The translations under genes and the position numbers were made by a program. A stretch of 62,531 nucleotides of DNA, filler included, from Sluysia triapertura (Eukaryota): assembly GCA_046118255.1 (NCBI GenBank). It is 4 parts of 4 records of this genome, joined end to end, with 100 filler letters (N's around TTAATTAATTAA, not from the genome) between each part and the next. Parts side by side here need not be neighbours in the genome. Positions count along the whole stretch, not along the records: positions 1 to 17,518 come from JBJNIA010187944.1; 3 more parts are not named here. One strand, given 5' to 3'. Within the stretch, counting starts at the first letter, position 1. Each line of letters begins with the position of its first letter. Of this stretch, positions 1 through 13,561 are shown piece by piece. The notes under the pieces were generated by a model that ran no database searches, was not told where the DNA came from, and was given only the letters and a program-made list of their open reading frames with translations.

Positions 1-1789
1 GTTTATTTGATAAGTTATGCGTTTGATTTCAGGTATAAGTTTCCAATTGTACATTTGGTCAGTTCAAGTTTACATTGATATATAAGTTTCCTGATTGCAT
101 TATTGTGATATTGAAGTTAATTGTCGAATTTGAATTTTCTTAAATTTTCTTTTGATTTAAGTTTCTCCTTCTGATTTGAATTTTAAATTAAGTTGTTATA
201 GGTCATTAAGTTTATTGACATTTGTGTTGGGATTAGTGAAAGATAAGGAGAAACGTAAGGTCAAGGCTCATGATAACAAAATAAAATAAATATCATTGAA
301 GAATTAAAGTAAGATATTATGGTGAATTGCAATAATAAAGTAAGCATAGAGATATTTAAATCAATACGAATGCGACATAGGAAGATGTAACTTTTTGCAA
401 GGTTTCATTTGTTAAAATATTAAAGTACATTTGTTAATTAACTTAATTAAAATTCGTTTAATTTGATAACTTAACAAAAAGTGTTTGCTCTTGATATAAT
501 GAAATTAGTTATGAGTTTTATTAGTATTTTTAATAAAGTATTTTTTAAGAAGCACGTCGACGTAGATAACGCAAAAATTAGTTATTTTAATTAGTATTTA
601 TAATTTAAAATTAAAGTTAAATACGTTCTAATATTTAAGTATATCAAATTGATGTTTATAAAGATACTAATCCAAATATACTATTGAACTTGACGTACAA
701 CGCATTCATACAGAAAAATAAATTTATTATTCCATTAATTTTATCTTCAATTTAAGCTAATAAATTCCATTAATAGAATAGTTTATAATAACGATATAAA
801 ATTGTAATTTAATGATACTAAAAAGGTGAGGGGATTATTTACCACAATTTCCATTATCTTTAGATAATCATAGAGATAATGATATTGAACCCATGCAAAA
901 ATTTCTGTACAAATCCAATCAGTAAAATTTATCACCGACTAAATAGAATTACAGTTTCAATTTTCATCTTGTCAAATTTCCAATTTTCAAATTCTCATAT
1001 GATCTTAAAACTGCTATATAAGCAGTCATTTTTGCAGAAAATCAGAATCAAAATAACAAGACAAGAGTATGGAAAAATAACAAAAAAACCGAAAAATATT
1101 AAGCTTTAGGGACTCTGCTTTAATTCATCTGTGGATAATGATGAAATTGAAGTTTATTATTCAGCAATAGCTACAATAAACATTTTAGGGCTTATAAGGA
1201 AAAGGGTTAATAACCTATTTTTTATTCATTATATTTTAGCTAATACGGGCGTCAACATTTATCTTAGATAAGTTGTGTCACCCATGTTAGTAATTTGTTA
1301 ATATTAAAAGATTTATAATTTTGAGGTTTATAATCGAAGATGATTTCTTATTAAAGAATAATTTGTATTATTATGAAGAATTTTTGTTGCATAATTGTGA
1401 TGTATTCGTGAATATATCGAGATTCTGAATTTATTTAGTTATTAGGTTTTAATTTTATAAAAGCATTTGGATACGTTGTATAAGTTGTAAAGTTATATTG
1501 ATTTGATAATTGCCTTTATTTTAAAGTAATAATTGATACTGATTCCCGAATTCCATTCTTTATGTTGAATAAGTCTCAGTGATATTTTGATAATTAGTAA
1601 GTTCTCATTTAAGTTGCTACTTGATATTATCAGGTTTAACAAAAGACAGAAAAAGTTTGATTGATATTAGTAAGGAAAATCATAAAAAAGGCTTAGATAA
1701 TATAATTCTTTAGTATTTCCCAAAATTATATTACCGATAGATGGATTTAGAGATGTTGGTTTCAATTTGCTAAGGATGTAAGGCCTACA

Positions 1790-2200
1790 ATTGCATTCCC
1801 TGAAATAAGAAAATTCAATGATGCAGAAGATCTCTGCGTCTTACTTTTTGAGTATGCTAGTGTTGCGGAAGCAAATGGCTTGAATTAGGCAATACGAACT
1901 TATAAAGAAATTTATAATGGCTATAAACAAAATTAGCAAGAAATATCACTTGATGATAAAAGTAAATATTATGCTAAAATGATTAATAGAATGAAACAAG
2001 AGTAAAGAGATTCTTTATTAATTATTGTGCGCACTAAAATTTCATGGTAATAAGAAAGAAAATACCTTAATTGCAAAATTAATTATAAAATTGAAATTTT
2101 AAGAAATTTTAATCCCCAAGATTTGAACATAAGAACTCTAATTTTAATTTCGGATACGACAATTATTCGGAGAATGGAGCAACTAGTTATAATGCAAATA
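1790..2200 (+). pseudogene. Degenerate retrotransposon gag-like fragment
   Basis: Manual translation gives IAFPEIRKFNDAEDLCVLLFEYASVAEANGLN, which resembles the Ty3/Gypsy capsid N-terminal pattern F-x-G-x-E/D...FE..A.AN(G/N)W. Many stops follow; boundaries are approximate. Confidence 0.4.
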
Positions 2201-2889
2201 ACCCTAATCTTAGGGAAAATAATTTTGAGCATAAAGGTAACAATTGTAAAAGAGGAAGTATTATAGTCAATTTTACGTTGAGATTTTTGGAAGAATTTTC
2301 AGTTGGATCCAGAATTGAAATTAAACAAATATTAGTTCGTTTATTGTAACAATTAGTAATACTGGATACAAATAATACAACATCATCTTTACTATGTAAA
2401 CGGTTCCATAAAACTCCAACTTTGCAATATAAATCTTTACTACCTCGGGCAGATTATTATTAAAATCTTAATTAACTTAATTAAGAAAAGTACGTTTTGT
2501 GAGTAATGTTTGAATGCGGAAGTTGAAACCGTGTTTGTATTTATTTTAAAAAGACCTTTTGATGAAGGTATGGTTTAACCTAGATCACATGAAGAAAGCC
2601 TTGATATTGAGCAAAGTCAAAGTTTAATTAATTTTTAATTATGGAACATTGAATTTTTAATACTTAGAGTGATGAAAATATTATGAATTAAATATGAGAT
2701 AATTGATATTGAAAATGTAAATATTGTAAATTTAGTCTTATAAAATTCAATTTAAAATTCTTAAAGACATTAAGTATTTCGGTTAATTATTTATTTCGAT
2801 ATATAAGAGAGACATTAATTAATTAATCACTCAATTTATCATGGAATCATTTATTTGTTTATAAATACTAATCGATCATTTATTAATCA

Positions 2890-3175
2890 TAGAAACATAT
2901 TGGCAAATCTAAAACAATTCAAAAAATATATAAATAGTTCGACACTCAACAGAAAATATAATCGTTAAACAGTTATTTGGAAAAGTTAAGGAAATTTTAA
3001 TTGCTCGAACGTTTAATTGGAATATCAAGAAAAATTTTATTTTATTAATTACTCAACATTTAATTATTTGGAGAAAACCGTTCAACTGCTGGAACTTTTC
3101 GTCCTTTAAATTATTTGGAAAAAACCGAACAGCTTTTTTTGGAAAGAGTCATCAATTCTCCGATATTTTTCCATG
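2890..3175. repeat. Cluster of short imperfect repeats (TTATTTGGA / AATTRCTC), possibly subterminal repeats of a DNA transposon
   Basis: TTATTTGGA recurs three times, and AATTGCTC/AATTACTC/AATTCTC recur, within about 300 bp. Confidence 0.35.
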
Positions 3176-3401
3176 AATAAGTATGATATTTGTGTTAAGG
3201 CTATTGCATTAATACATTTTCATTAAAATCCACTTAAAATCTTTACATACTCCACTCAAGCATTCGCCTGAGTTAAAATATATTCAAATTCAAATGTGTT
3301 TGATAAAACTCAAGGAGAAAGACTTTGATATGTTTATTGTATCTAAATATTGTACACATATTTGTTAATAATTTATTTATTTTTCTTCGGATAATAAATT
3401 T

Positions 3402-3754
3402 TGTTACATTGATTCTTTGATTAATTATAATTTAGGAAAAGGAATAAATTTTAGTGTAGATAAACTGATTTTGTAGAATAAGTTAAATAAACGTTATAGT
3501 ATAGTTAATTGATTTGAGTAAAATTTAATAGTATAATTAATTGTTTTGAGTTAAATGAATATATAATAGTGTGTTGATCCTCAGACTGATTCAAATAAAT
3601 TTATGTTGCCGTAGAATTGATTAAGGATTCTTTTAACGTAGATTTTGACATTTGACATCCTGTGAATACGTCTTCCGTGAGATACAAATCGTATATCACA
3701 GGCGAACCTGAAGAAATTAATAATATTATAATTGTTTAGTAAGAAATCTGAACA
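3402..3754 (+). mobile_element. Solo-LTR-like sequence related to the LTR at 6838-7454
   Basis: Starts TGTTACA and ends TGAACA, with a TATA-like motif near 3560. It shares ACGTAGAT-TTTGA and CAGGCGAACC blocks with the reverse complement of 6895-7000. No target-site duplication was found. Confidence 0.45.
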
Positions 3755-4559
3755 AAAAGAAGAATCTAGAAGTAAGTTTAAAATGTCCGTTGAGGGGTTT
3801 CTTTGAGAATAAGAACCTTAAACATTAGAAAATTGGATGTAAAAACCGAAAATCAATTGAATTCTAAAAACTAAGATTACATTCGCTATTTTTATGTATG
3901 TCAACAATACTGTTGATTGTTATTTTAATGTAGAAGTATTTTAAGTGAAAACAGAATAGAGTAGAAGAAAATAATAGATGATTATAAATCAATTTTTGTG
4001 ACCTATATCTAATAAACTTTAACAGATCATACCATGTAACTTCGAGTTATGATGATTTATGTGAAAGAATTTTTGATTTTAAATGCAGTGAACTCCACAC
4101 ATACACGACACATCATACATACAAGCCATAACAAATTAACATTTCATAAACAAACAAAACACAAACACAATCATAATATACAGTTATTATGAGTTATAGT
4201 TATTGTTATCATAATTTTCATTATAATAACAATCTTTATAATAAATTTATATAATAATTCTTGTAATAATATCGTAATACTATTAACATCAATGTACTAA
4301 AATACACAATAATCCTATCATAAATTTGATTTATTATTGTTATCATTATAATCTCTGTTATCTTCGCAATTAATCTTCCTTTTTTCTATTTTATATGTAT
4401 GAATTTGTTTATATAAAATTGTATATATATTTATGCATTTTGTTTGTATGTTTATTCTTCACTCTTCTTTAATTTTGTCTCAAACAAGAAAGTTAACTAA
4501 TGATGTGAAAAATCGCTAAAAATACTAAAAAGACTTGAAAATAATGTTGACTATAATGC

Positions 4560-7454
4560 GACTGCCGAATATGAATACCATCTTTAGATACTTTATGTCC
4601 CAAAAATTCGACCTTTTCTTTGGCCTAAACACATTTAGTGGGTTTTATCTTTAATCTTGCCACTTCTAATCTTTTTAAAATGTTATGAATGTCTTCCAGA
4701 TGAGTTTTGAAATCTTTTGAGAATATTATTGTCATCGATATAAACCATAACATTCTTACATCTTGACAATACAAAATTCATACAACTTTGAAAAGTTGCT
4801 GGTATTCCGGTCAGACCGAATGGCATCTTTTCATATTCGTACAATTCATTGCCACATGTGAATGCCGTTTTATGTTTTCATTTTCTGGCAATTTCTATTT
4901 GCTAGTGTCCACTTTGCAGATCAGGAGTTGTGAAATTCATAGTGTTTCCTAACTTATCCAATATTTCGTCTATTCGTAGTAGTTATCTTATTTATCTCTC
5001 CAAAATCGATGCAAAATCTCATTGTGTCATCTTTCTTTTTTACTAACAAGACAGGAAAGAAACTTGGTCGTATCACCCCAGCCTTTTTCATAGTGTTTAT
5101 TTGATCTTGCATTTCTTTCTGCCTACATATAGGGATTCTATAAGGTTTTCTTCGAATTACCTTATCCTCTGTTAATATTTTTTCATATTTTACTATTATA
5201 GAGTCTCCTATATCATATTTGTTTTTGAAATAGCTCTCGGATAACGGTATATAATTTCATTTAATCGTTCTTTTGTCGCTTTGATAAATTTTTATTTTAA
5301 ATTTGCATTTCTCATTAGTCTTCCTCTCGTATATCACGTAATTTTATTACGTTATTTTTTGTCTTATCTATTATTGTATTAATATACGCTGGCGAATTAT
5401 AACGGACAATTCTTCTCAAATTTATACCACTTATTGTCATTTGTAAAAATACGAACAGATATTTTTCCTTCACAAATATTACATATTGAACTATCTATAC
5501 CTTTAACCAATTTTTTCTTGATTAGTTTCTGATGCTATAAACATAAATCGGCCTGTCAATGAGCTGTTGGTTATTGCCGGTAAAATATATTCGCTTCGAC
5601 TTATTAACCACGATGGTACATCTATGTATACATAGTTGTCATCAATAGTTCTGTTTGAGTGACTCTCCATTAGTTTGCCTTTGTAAAAATCCATGTAACT
5701 CCTTTTACTTGAGATAAGATATCCATTCCTAATATCATATCTTCATGGAATTTTTCCATTACTCTTAGCTTTACTTCACTTTTATTTTGCCTTACTTCAT
5801 ATTAAGCTCTCATAACACCAACTATATGTGTGACATCTCCAGTGACTCCTGAAAAATGAGAAAAATGAGACTCTTCGGTTCTTATTTTCTGTTAATATAA
5901 TTTCATTAATTAATAAGACTACAGCTCCTGCATTTATTAATGCTAGAACTGTTCTACCATTTATTTTAACGTTTACCATTAGTCTTCGAATTTTTATAAT
6001 TGTTATTTGCGCATACCATATAGATTACATTTGGTATTGTGATGTTGGTGCAATAGGATACATTTGTTCCCTTTGAGTCCCTTTTTGATTTCCTTTTAAT
6101 TCTTCAATTTCTTTAATTTCATTATTTTGTATTGTTTGCAATACTATGTTCTCAGTCTCCATTTGCCTTCTTTCTTTCTTTAATGCATTTATTTGTGAGT
6201 TTACATGGTGGTGTATAAGTTATTTCTCCAGAAATGGGACACCGCCTATTATTAATTTCCACGTGAAATCCGAAATTTTATAAATTCCTACGACTGAAAA
6301 GATTTGTGATATGATTAATGCAATTACCTTAATTATTATGTAGATACCAATTAATCCTGAGAAAACTTGACCTAGAATTAAAAAATTACCCTAAATTTGT
6401 CATAATGTATTTTGGGCAGCTTTCTTAAAATGGTCTGGCCATAATAAAATTCGAAATTTATTCTTCCGTCTTTTTCAACTTTTGCTTTATCTACTATGTC
6501 TGTTAACACTTGATCTTTTTATTGGAAATAGTATTTCCTGCCATGCTGCTTGCATATCCTCGTTTGTATAAATACCAGAATGCGTTATATTTTTTGCAGC
6601 CAAGAATGTTAATTTCCCTTTTAATTCAGTTAACCATATAATTTCTGGCAGTGAAATCCATACATTTTTATCAATTCTATATTCTGGAGCCATAACGAGC
6701 CATAACGTTTGAACAGTGTATTGGTTTTGGTTTGATTTTATCGCTTGGAAATATTACTCTTGTTACAGGTTCTAAGTAAGTTTCCATTTTTCCATATAAT
6801 ATAGGTAGTTCGTTTGTCCCAGTTCGGGTGCCAAATATTTGCTGATTATTTCTTTTTAAATTATTAAACTCCTAGCAAATATGTAAAAATCTTATCGGGT
6901 TCGCCTGAAGTCCATGATTTATATGCGTACAAGACACCGCTTCAGGTTTTGTGGCAATAATTTCAAATATCTACGTACGGATTTCCTTATAAATTCTTGC
7001 GTATGGTCTCTTAAAAATTAATCTTCAATGAACTTGATTTAAAATGTTAATATTCAAGTTTAATTCTTTCACTTAAAAAAAAGAAATACTATCAAAAATT
7101 ATAAATAAAATACACGAGGTCTCAACACCTTATATAGGTCTTTGGAACTATATAACCTTATTTCGAATGTTTTTATTTTCATGATGTTTTTATTCTCCCA
7201 ATAATTTCTTTAATTTCAATATCTCATTTTGTATCAACTCTTCCTTCATTTTGTTAGGTTTTTTCTTTAAAACAACAATTATAAAATTTTAAAAAATGGG
7301 TTCGTCTGTAGTCTACGATTTGTAACGTATAGTAGAAGTAGCTACAGATTAGACAATTTCTTCTAAACAAAGATTTCTTTAACAAATATATGCTCAATTA
7401 TATTTTACTAGTATATGCTTGCTTATCTTAGCTTATCCTATTTTATATGTAACA
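4560..7454 (-). mobile_element. Decayed, 3'-truncated Ty3/Gypsy LTR retrotransposon (5' LTR, PBS, gag, protease, RT)
   Basis: On the minus strand: LTR-like block about 6838-7454 (starts TGTTACA, TATATAA near 7131), PBS 6816-6833, gag start METYLEP at 6787, aspartic protease VKINGRTVLALINAGA (DTGA degenerate) near 5910-5979, and RT motifs YEKMPFGLTGIPATFQ (about 4790-4836), VYIDD (about 4731-4745) and FLGHKV (about 4590-4607). Numerous stops and frameshifts. Confidence 0.88.
6816..6833 (-). promoter_or_regulatory. Primer-binding site complementary to the tRNA-Lys(UUU) 3' end
   Basis: Reverse complement TGGCACCCGAACTGGGAC matches the canonical Lys PBS TGGCGCCCGAACAGGGAC at 16 of 18 positions, and it lies between the LTR and gag. 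Confidence 0.8.
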
Positions 7455-7838
7455 CGCAAAAATTTATGTTTCCCTTAGAATACTTAGTTAGTTAGGGTCT
7501 TTCAATTAACAAAACAAACTCGACAAGTATGAATATGTATTAAGCAAAATTTATCCAAATAATGTAACAAAAGCAACGTTATTCAAAAATAAATAATAAT
7601 ATATATATAAACAATTTATAATGTTAGAAGATTTCTCTTCTTTTAATTTTCAATGATTTTATAAAATAAATTAACCCAGGAATTATTCTTGGGTGTAGTA
7701 TTTAAGATTTTAAGTGGTATATTATAGCTAAAGTTATTAAAGCCAATCTTAATAAATCAGTATCTTACTTGTACTTCAATTTTAACAAAAGTTCCAGGAA
7801 CAATTTCGTTTAGTTGAAAATTTTTAATGAAAGCTCTG

Positions 7839-7940
7839 CGAATAGATCACGTTCAATCTGTAACCAAATTTCCGAGTAAATCACGTTTAATCTTTAGCAA
7901 AATCTCCGAGTAAGTATTATTCAATTCGATTAAAATTTCT
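7839..7940 (+). repeat. 34-bp tandem repeat, 3 diverged copies
   Basis: Units start at 7839, 7873 and 7907; consensus is about CGAGTAAATCACGTTYAATCTKTARCAAAATYTC. Confidence 0.75.
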
Positions 7941-10900
7941 CTCTTATTAGTGTCAATTTACGTTAGTAATATATCTTTATATATTTATGGACTTAGTCCT
8001 GATAAATTTTAAGTTTTAAATTAAATAATTTACTTTAATTTTAATGTTCCGGAACCTTTGCTCTTGATAAATAATTATAAACACCGACAAAATAATGACA
8101 TAAATAAATAAATAATGAAAACATAAATAAATAAATAATGAAAATTCGGATTATAGTTCATATTTACAGAATCCGTTTAAAGTCTAAAATAAATTATTTG
8201 TAAAATTAACTAATTAATTTTATTTTAATTTTATACAGTGTTTTAACAAATTCGTATTGTTTTAAAGTTTTGTTTACGAAATTTACATATTAATTTGCAA
8301 AATTCACATATTATTATTAATTTATTTACATACAAAATTTACATATTATTATTAAATTTATTTACAGTATTTTGTCCTATAGATCTAGATAAATTCTTCA
8401 CAAGTTAATTAAATAAATTTTTATGGTTTCAGTCAGTAGATTGACTGCAAGTAGAGCATAAAGTATGAATGTAATAATGCAAAGATAAATGTTGATAAAT
8501 GGTCATTATTGCATATTGAATAGATAGGCTAGCTGATTTTCATGAGTTAATTTGGTATTTTAGTTGTTTTAATAATATTTTTAGTTATTGATTTTACTAT
8601 ATCATTTTTATACTGTTTAATTTAGTACTTATGGTTTCATTAATAATTGGTACAACTAAATTAAATGGTCATGTTTCATTGGTAGAGAGTATCCAAACAA
8701 ACGTAATTGTCAATGTTAATTTAGTTTGGTAACTTAATCTAATTGTTTGTTTAGGTTGTATTAATTCAAAAATAACGTCTTAGTATCATTTTATAATGAT
8801 TGAAATGCTTATTAGTGGGTTGGTTATTCTTACTAGGTTGAGATGATCAATTATTGCTTTTAGAGAACAATTCATCCATTGTTTACTAAATTCATCAAAA
8901 CTAGGTAGTCTTTATGCAATGATATTGTGTATGTATTAGTCGATTAGTTAATTCTGTGGTTATCCTAACTTTATATAATTGATATTGAAATAGTTCTTCA
9001 CAAGTTATAATCTAATACTTTATGGTTTTATACACCATAAAACACCAATTGTTTAAACATTTCTTATCTATTTCTTTGGCAACAACTAATATCTCGTATA
9101 TCGTAATGAAACATTTTCTCATTTATTTGTCATTATTTTAAGTAAATATTGTATTCAACTATAGTGTGTAGACAGTCTTAAATCCGTATTATACTCATAA
9201 TGAAAACGGCATTACTGGTGGTCCTGGAGGAGCAGAAAATCGATTTGTTCATGGTATTAAATGATGATCAATACGTAGAATCTAATTCAAGGGATCACAA
9301 GTAATTAAAAATATTTTTAGCTTTTCCTAAATATAAGTATTACATTCACGCTGATTTAAATACGTTCAATAACAAAGTTATAATAATTCAGATTGTCTAT
9401 TCAATTATAAAAATAAACAAATTCAAAATCTTTTCAACATAATAAACCTATCAATGTGATAACCCAATTAGTAATTATAATAAAAATGTTCGACTCTAAA
9501 AAATTTACCCTTCAATCTTGTGTTTATGAATATGTAGAAAACACTGGTTTCCGTTCCCAGTCAGTGCAATTGCTTTTTTAATTATCTATTTAATATTTAT
9601 TTTATAGTTAATTTCTTACCTTAATCAAATTCTGTTTTTCGGCCAATGTGTTTCTACAGTTAAATTCTTCTAAATACATATCGTCAATTTAACTTGTATA
9701 ATAATTTTCTTCTGCAGTATTATAATTCATGTTCACTTATTCTGTAATTTATTGGTTTATGATTTTTTCGTTCCTACTAGTCTTCGTCTCTTCATTTCTG
9801 TTTTAAAAAGTCATAGTTTTATTCTTATCTGTAACATTATCGACTTGCTAATTAAGAATGGTGACTTCATATTTATGCTCTTTTTGTTTCTTTTTGATTT
9901 CATGATATTTTAAACTGTTTCTTTTAAATCTACTCAGTGTTAAAATATCTAAGGTATTATAGTTTTTATTTTTTAAGTATTTTTCATTGACAATTTTAAA
10001 TAGGTCATCAAAATCAAATCAAAACTCTATTAAAGACAATTAAAGTTTTAATATCTTTAAATTACATTTATTATACTTTTATCCTTTTATTAACTGTTTA
10101 AGATTTTTTATTTTATTTAATTAATACTTTTACAGTCAATATTATATTATCTTTTAATAATTATCCACCTCTAAATTGTAACTATCAGCTTCTTTGAAGG
10201 ATAATTTTCAATATGTCCATAAAATAAGAGACTAAATTATATAAATGCAATATAATATAAATTCTATTATTATTTATATTATTTGTTTTCACGTATTTTT
10301 TAATAAACCCTTAAAATACATTTTTCAAGTCCTACTTTAAATAAGGACTTAAAATACCTTTGTAACTAAAAATTTGATTTCTATATTAGCGTAAAGCTTA
10401 ACAATCTAGACTCTATTGAAATCATTGCAGAAAGAGTTTAATAAAGTTCTTGTTAAGACAGCACGAATTTCCCATAAATTTAAAGTAATATATTTTGATT
10501 TTGAATTCTTTGTTCTAAAACTCGTATGGACAAGATCTTAAGTGTGTAAGACTTGGGTCACAGGTGAATTCACTAAAATATTTATGATTGTAGGTTTTTA
10601 AGTGAATCCACATTATACTTAATCACAGTACGGATTATCGTTTTGGTGATATATTTCTATAATACATTATTTTCATATTGTATAATTAGTTATTCTACCC
10701 GCCTTGTTTAGTATTTGTCTGTCTTTTAGTATTTATTTGGTAATGGATTTTTTGCGTTTTATTGAGATTTACGTTTGATTCGTAATATTTTCTAAGTGAA
10801 AATTAACTGTGATAGATTACTGCCTTCTTCATTTACATTTGTCTCAGTTTCTAGTTTATGCTCTATTATTAACGATGCTTCGATTTGATGTTCGTAAAGC

Positions 10901-12623
10901 TGTTTGCTAAGTTTTTTAGCCGTTTATAAGTTTTAAAATGAATATTTAGATATTTAGATATCAAGTAAGTGCACTATTATTTTACATTTTTAAAATATTC
11001 AAGATTTATTTAAAATATCTTTATATTTTCAATTGTTTTTACAATTTTTACAATGGGTTCATATATTAATTTAGGTTTGTGAAATGCCAAATTGGACAGT
11101 TGATATTATAACTACATCGGCAGGATTGGAGTTTCAAAGTTTAACGTATTTAGGGCCGTTTTTGTCTGGTTCATTTTTTGCAGATGATAATGTTAGTATT
11201 ATATTTATTAATAAATCATTTACTAGTTTTTACTGTTTTAAATTGATTTTAATTATTGTATGTCTTTCTTCATTGATTATTTCACAATTAATGTTGACGT
11301 TCCAAAACTTGCAAATTTTAGAAAAACGATTTTAGAATTACTATTTTGAAATGTCAGTCCTAATCTCCTTCATAATTTGGTTTTACTATTTTACTATTTT
11401 TAATGATAATTGATAAAAATATAATTTAAATCACATAATACGATTAAATAATGCCTATGGCACCTTCAGTTTATGAAAAAATTCGAAGTTTAAACATCAT
11501 TAAATTAGATAAAATTTTATAAACAAATACTGAACACGCAAGGAAATTATGTAAACTTAAGGAGTTCAGCGTAAAAGGTATAGTAGGGGTGTTTGTAACT
11601 AAAGTGACCATTTTATAACCTGCTTGCTATCGAAAGTGTTCAAACGTTTGTGTTTCCAGCTATTATTTTATTCGTAATTGACAGATTAATTTTGTTTGAG
11701 ACTTAACTTAATGTGGCTATTAGGATTGTATTTAGTTAATTAACGTATCAATATTGTGAGGGTCTTTATATTAATTATTTATTTATATTCACAAAAACGA
11801 GAAAAATGCTTAATTAATTACTATTTTTATCAAAAGACAATAAAAATTCGGTAGCTTTCAGACTTTACAAGGAATATAAAAATATAAGCGTTTGTAACGT
11901 TGAAATTTTGTAATTTTGAAAAACACATATATACTTAGTCAGAGTGAGAGGATGGATACATTTAAATAATACAAAACAGAACTAAAAATGTTAAGTCAAA
12001 AATATGAAAGTTTCTAAATATGAAAATTTGTATAATTAAAAGACTCTTCCTTTTAATGTTTGAAAATATTTCATATTTTAATTGAGGATTTTAGCCCTCA
12101 TTAAATCGGACAAAAATATATATACAAATAGATGTTATATGAATTTTAAATGCACCATAAAAGTCTAACTTCCGATTTATGAATCGTTAGTGAGAGTCGT
12201 CGTTTGGTGAGCCACTATTGACTTTGGTTGTAGTTAATTCTTCTCTCGTGATTTCTTTCTGTTTTGATCTGCATCTGATTATGATATTTTTGTTTTTTGC
12301 TTATTTGTATGTAGTAAGTTTTTATGTAAAGAAGTAGGGAAAAAAGAGGCGTAACATAATTGTATATTTTATCAGTGGTGTTTGCATAAAAGGTAGATGA
12401 AGAGAATAGAAGTATTGACACTTTTTGAAGATATAATAATATAATACAATAATAACCTGCGGAGGAATGAGGTGTCCTTATAATAATATCGAATAGCGAC
12501 ACTAGGTCTTTTGTCATCTGAAGGCACAATACCGATAAGAAAATGGTAAATATTCGCATAATTCTTCGCGCTCTCGATTCAGGACTTAAAATTATTATGT
12601 TACTAATTAAAGGAAATAGCAAA

Positions 12624-13541
12624 TTATTGTGAATATGTTTATATTATTGCTAGATTTATTTGACATGAAATTTACTATACGTAATTAAAATTATGATTAT
12701 GAAATTGGTGCTTAAGGCACGTAGAATTTTTATCATTATTGAAAGTCTTAACATAAAAATAACACGAAAACTTTTTATTAATTTTACAGACATAAAAAGA
12801 AAGCGTTTTACACAGTTCAATAATCACTTTCAAAACAAAACATAAAGTTTCATTCATCATAGTTATTAAACTAACTAGATTGTCAGATGCTGTTACAACG
12901 TGCCCGCAGTTCGCTACGCGTGTCATGTCTCGAGCGATACATAGTCCCGGGCGACCGATCCTGATTATTAGTTTCCGGATTCTGCCTAGGTCCGATCCAT
13001 TGATCAGTTTCTTTAAGAAAAAGCCTAATGCACCTGAGTAAATCTTCATAACATGACACACAAGACGATCTTTTGTACTATAAGCATTATACAATTTACA
13101 AGAATTATAAGAGTGGATAGTTTTGTAAGAGAGCGATTTTATAATGGAATTTGTCATTAAACGTATGTTTCTGTAAAATATGCAAGCATTGCCTTAACGA
13201 CTGTGCAGCCGCTTTGATACATATATTCAAAACATAGAAAGATAAATGATAAAGATTTCGTTTAACTAACTTGATCAAGTTTTTAAATAAAATTCAAACT
13301 TAACGTTCTCAGTATCAACCATAATACTCGGAACCAACAGATACTTTACGTTATGAATATATTCATGATAAATTGCCTTCTGACTTTTAAACATATAACT
13401 TGTTATATTCAAAACATAAAAAAATAAATGATAAAGATTTCGTATAACTAACTTGATCAAGTTTTTAAACATAATGAAATTTATAGTAAATTTCATGTCA
13501 TAAATAAATCTAGCAACAATATATAAATATATGCACAATAA
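12624..13541. mobile_element. About 0.9-kb element bounded by ~57-bp imperfect inverted repeats, with an internal ~65-bp direct repeat
   Basis: 12624-12679 (TTATTGTGAATATG...TGACATGAAATTTACTATA) is the reverse complement of 13482-13541. The direct repeat is about 13222-13287 versus about 13404-13469. There is a GC-rich core at about 12895-13000. Confidence 0.7.
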
Positions 13542-13543
13542 AA

Positions 13544-13561
13544 TAGTGTCAGGATTGGGAT
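13544..13561 (+). promoter_or_regulatory. Degenerate tRNA-Leu primer-binding site
   Basis: TAGTGTCAGGATTGGGAT versus the canonical Leu PBS TGGTGTCAGGAGTGGGAT (2 mismatches). Confidence 0.6.

Noticed and set aside
10400-11050. LINE RT C-terminal relic on the minus strand
   Set aside because: KTIIRTVIKY and KYLNI are suggestive but too short and disrupted.
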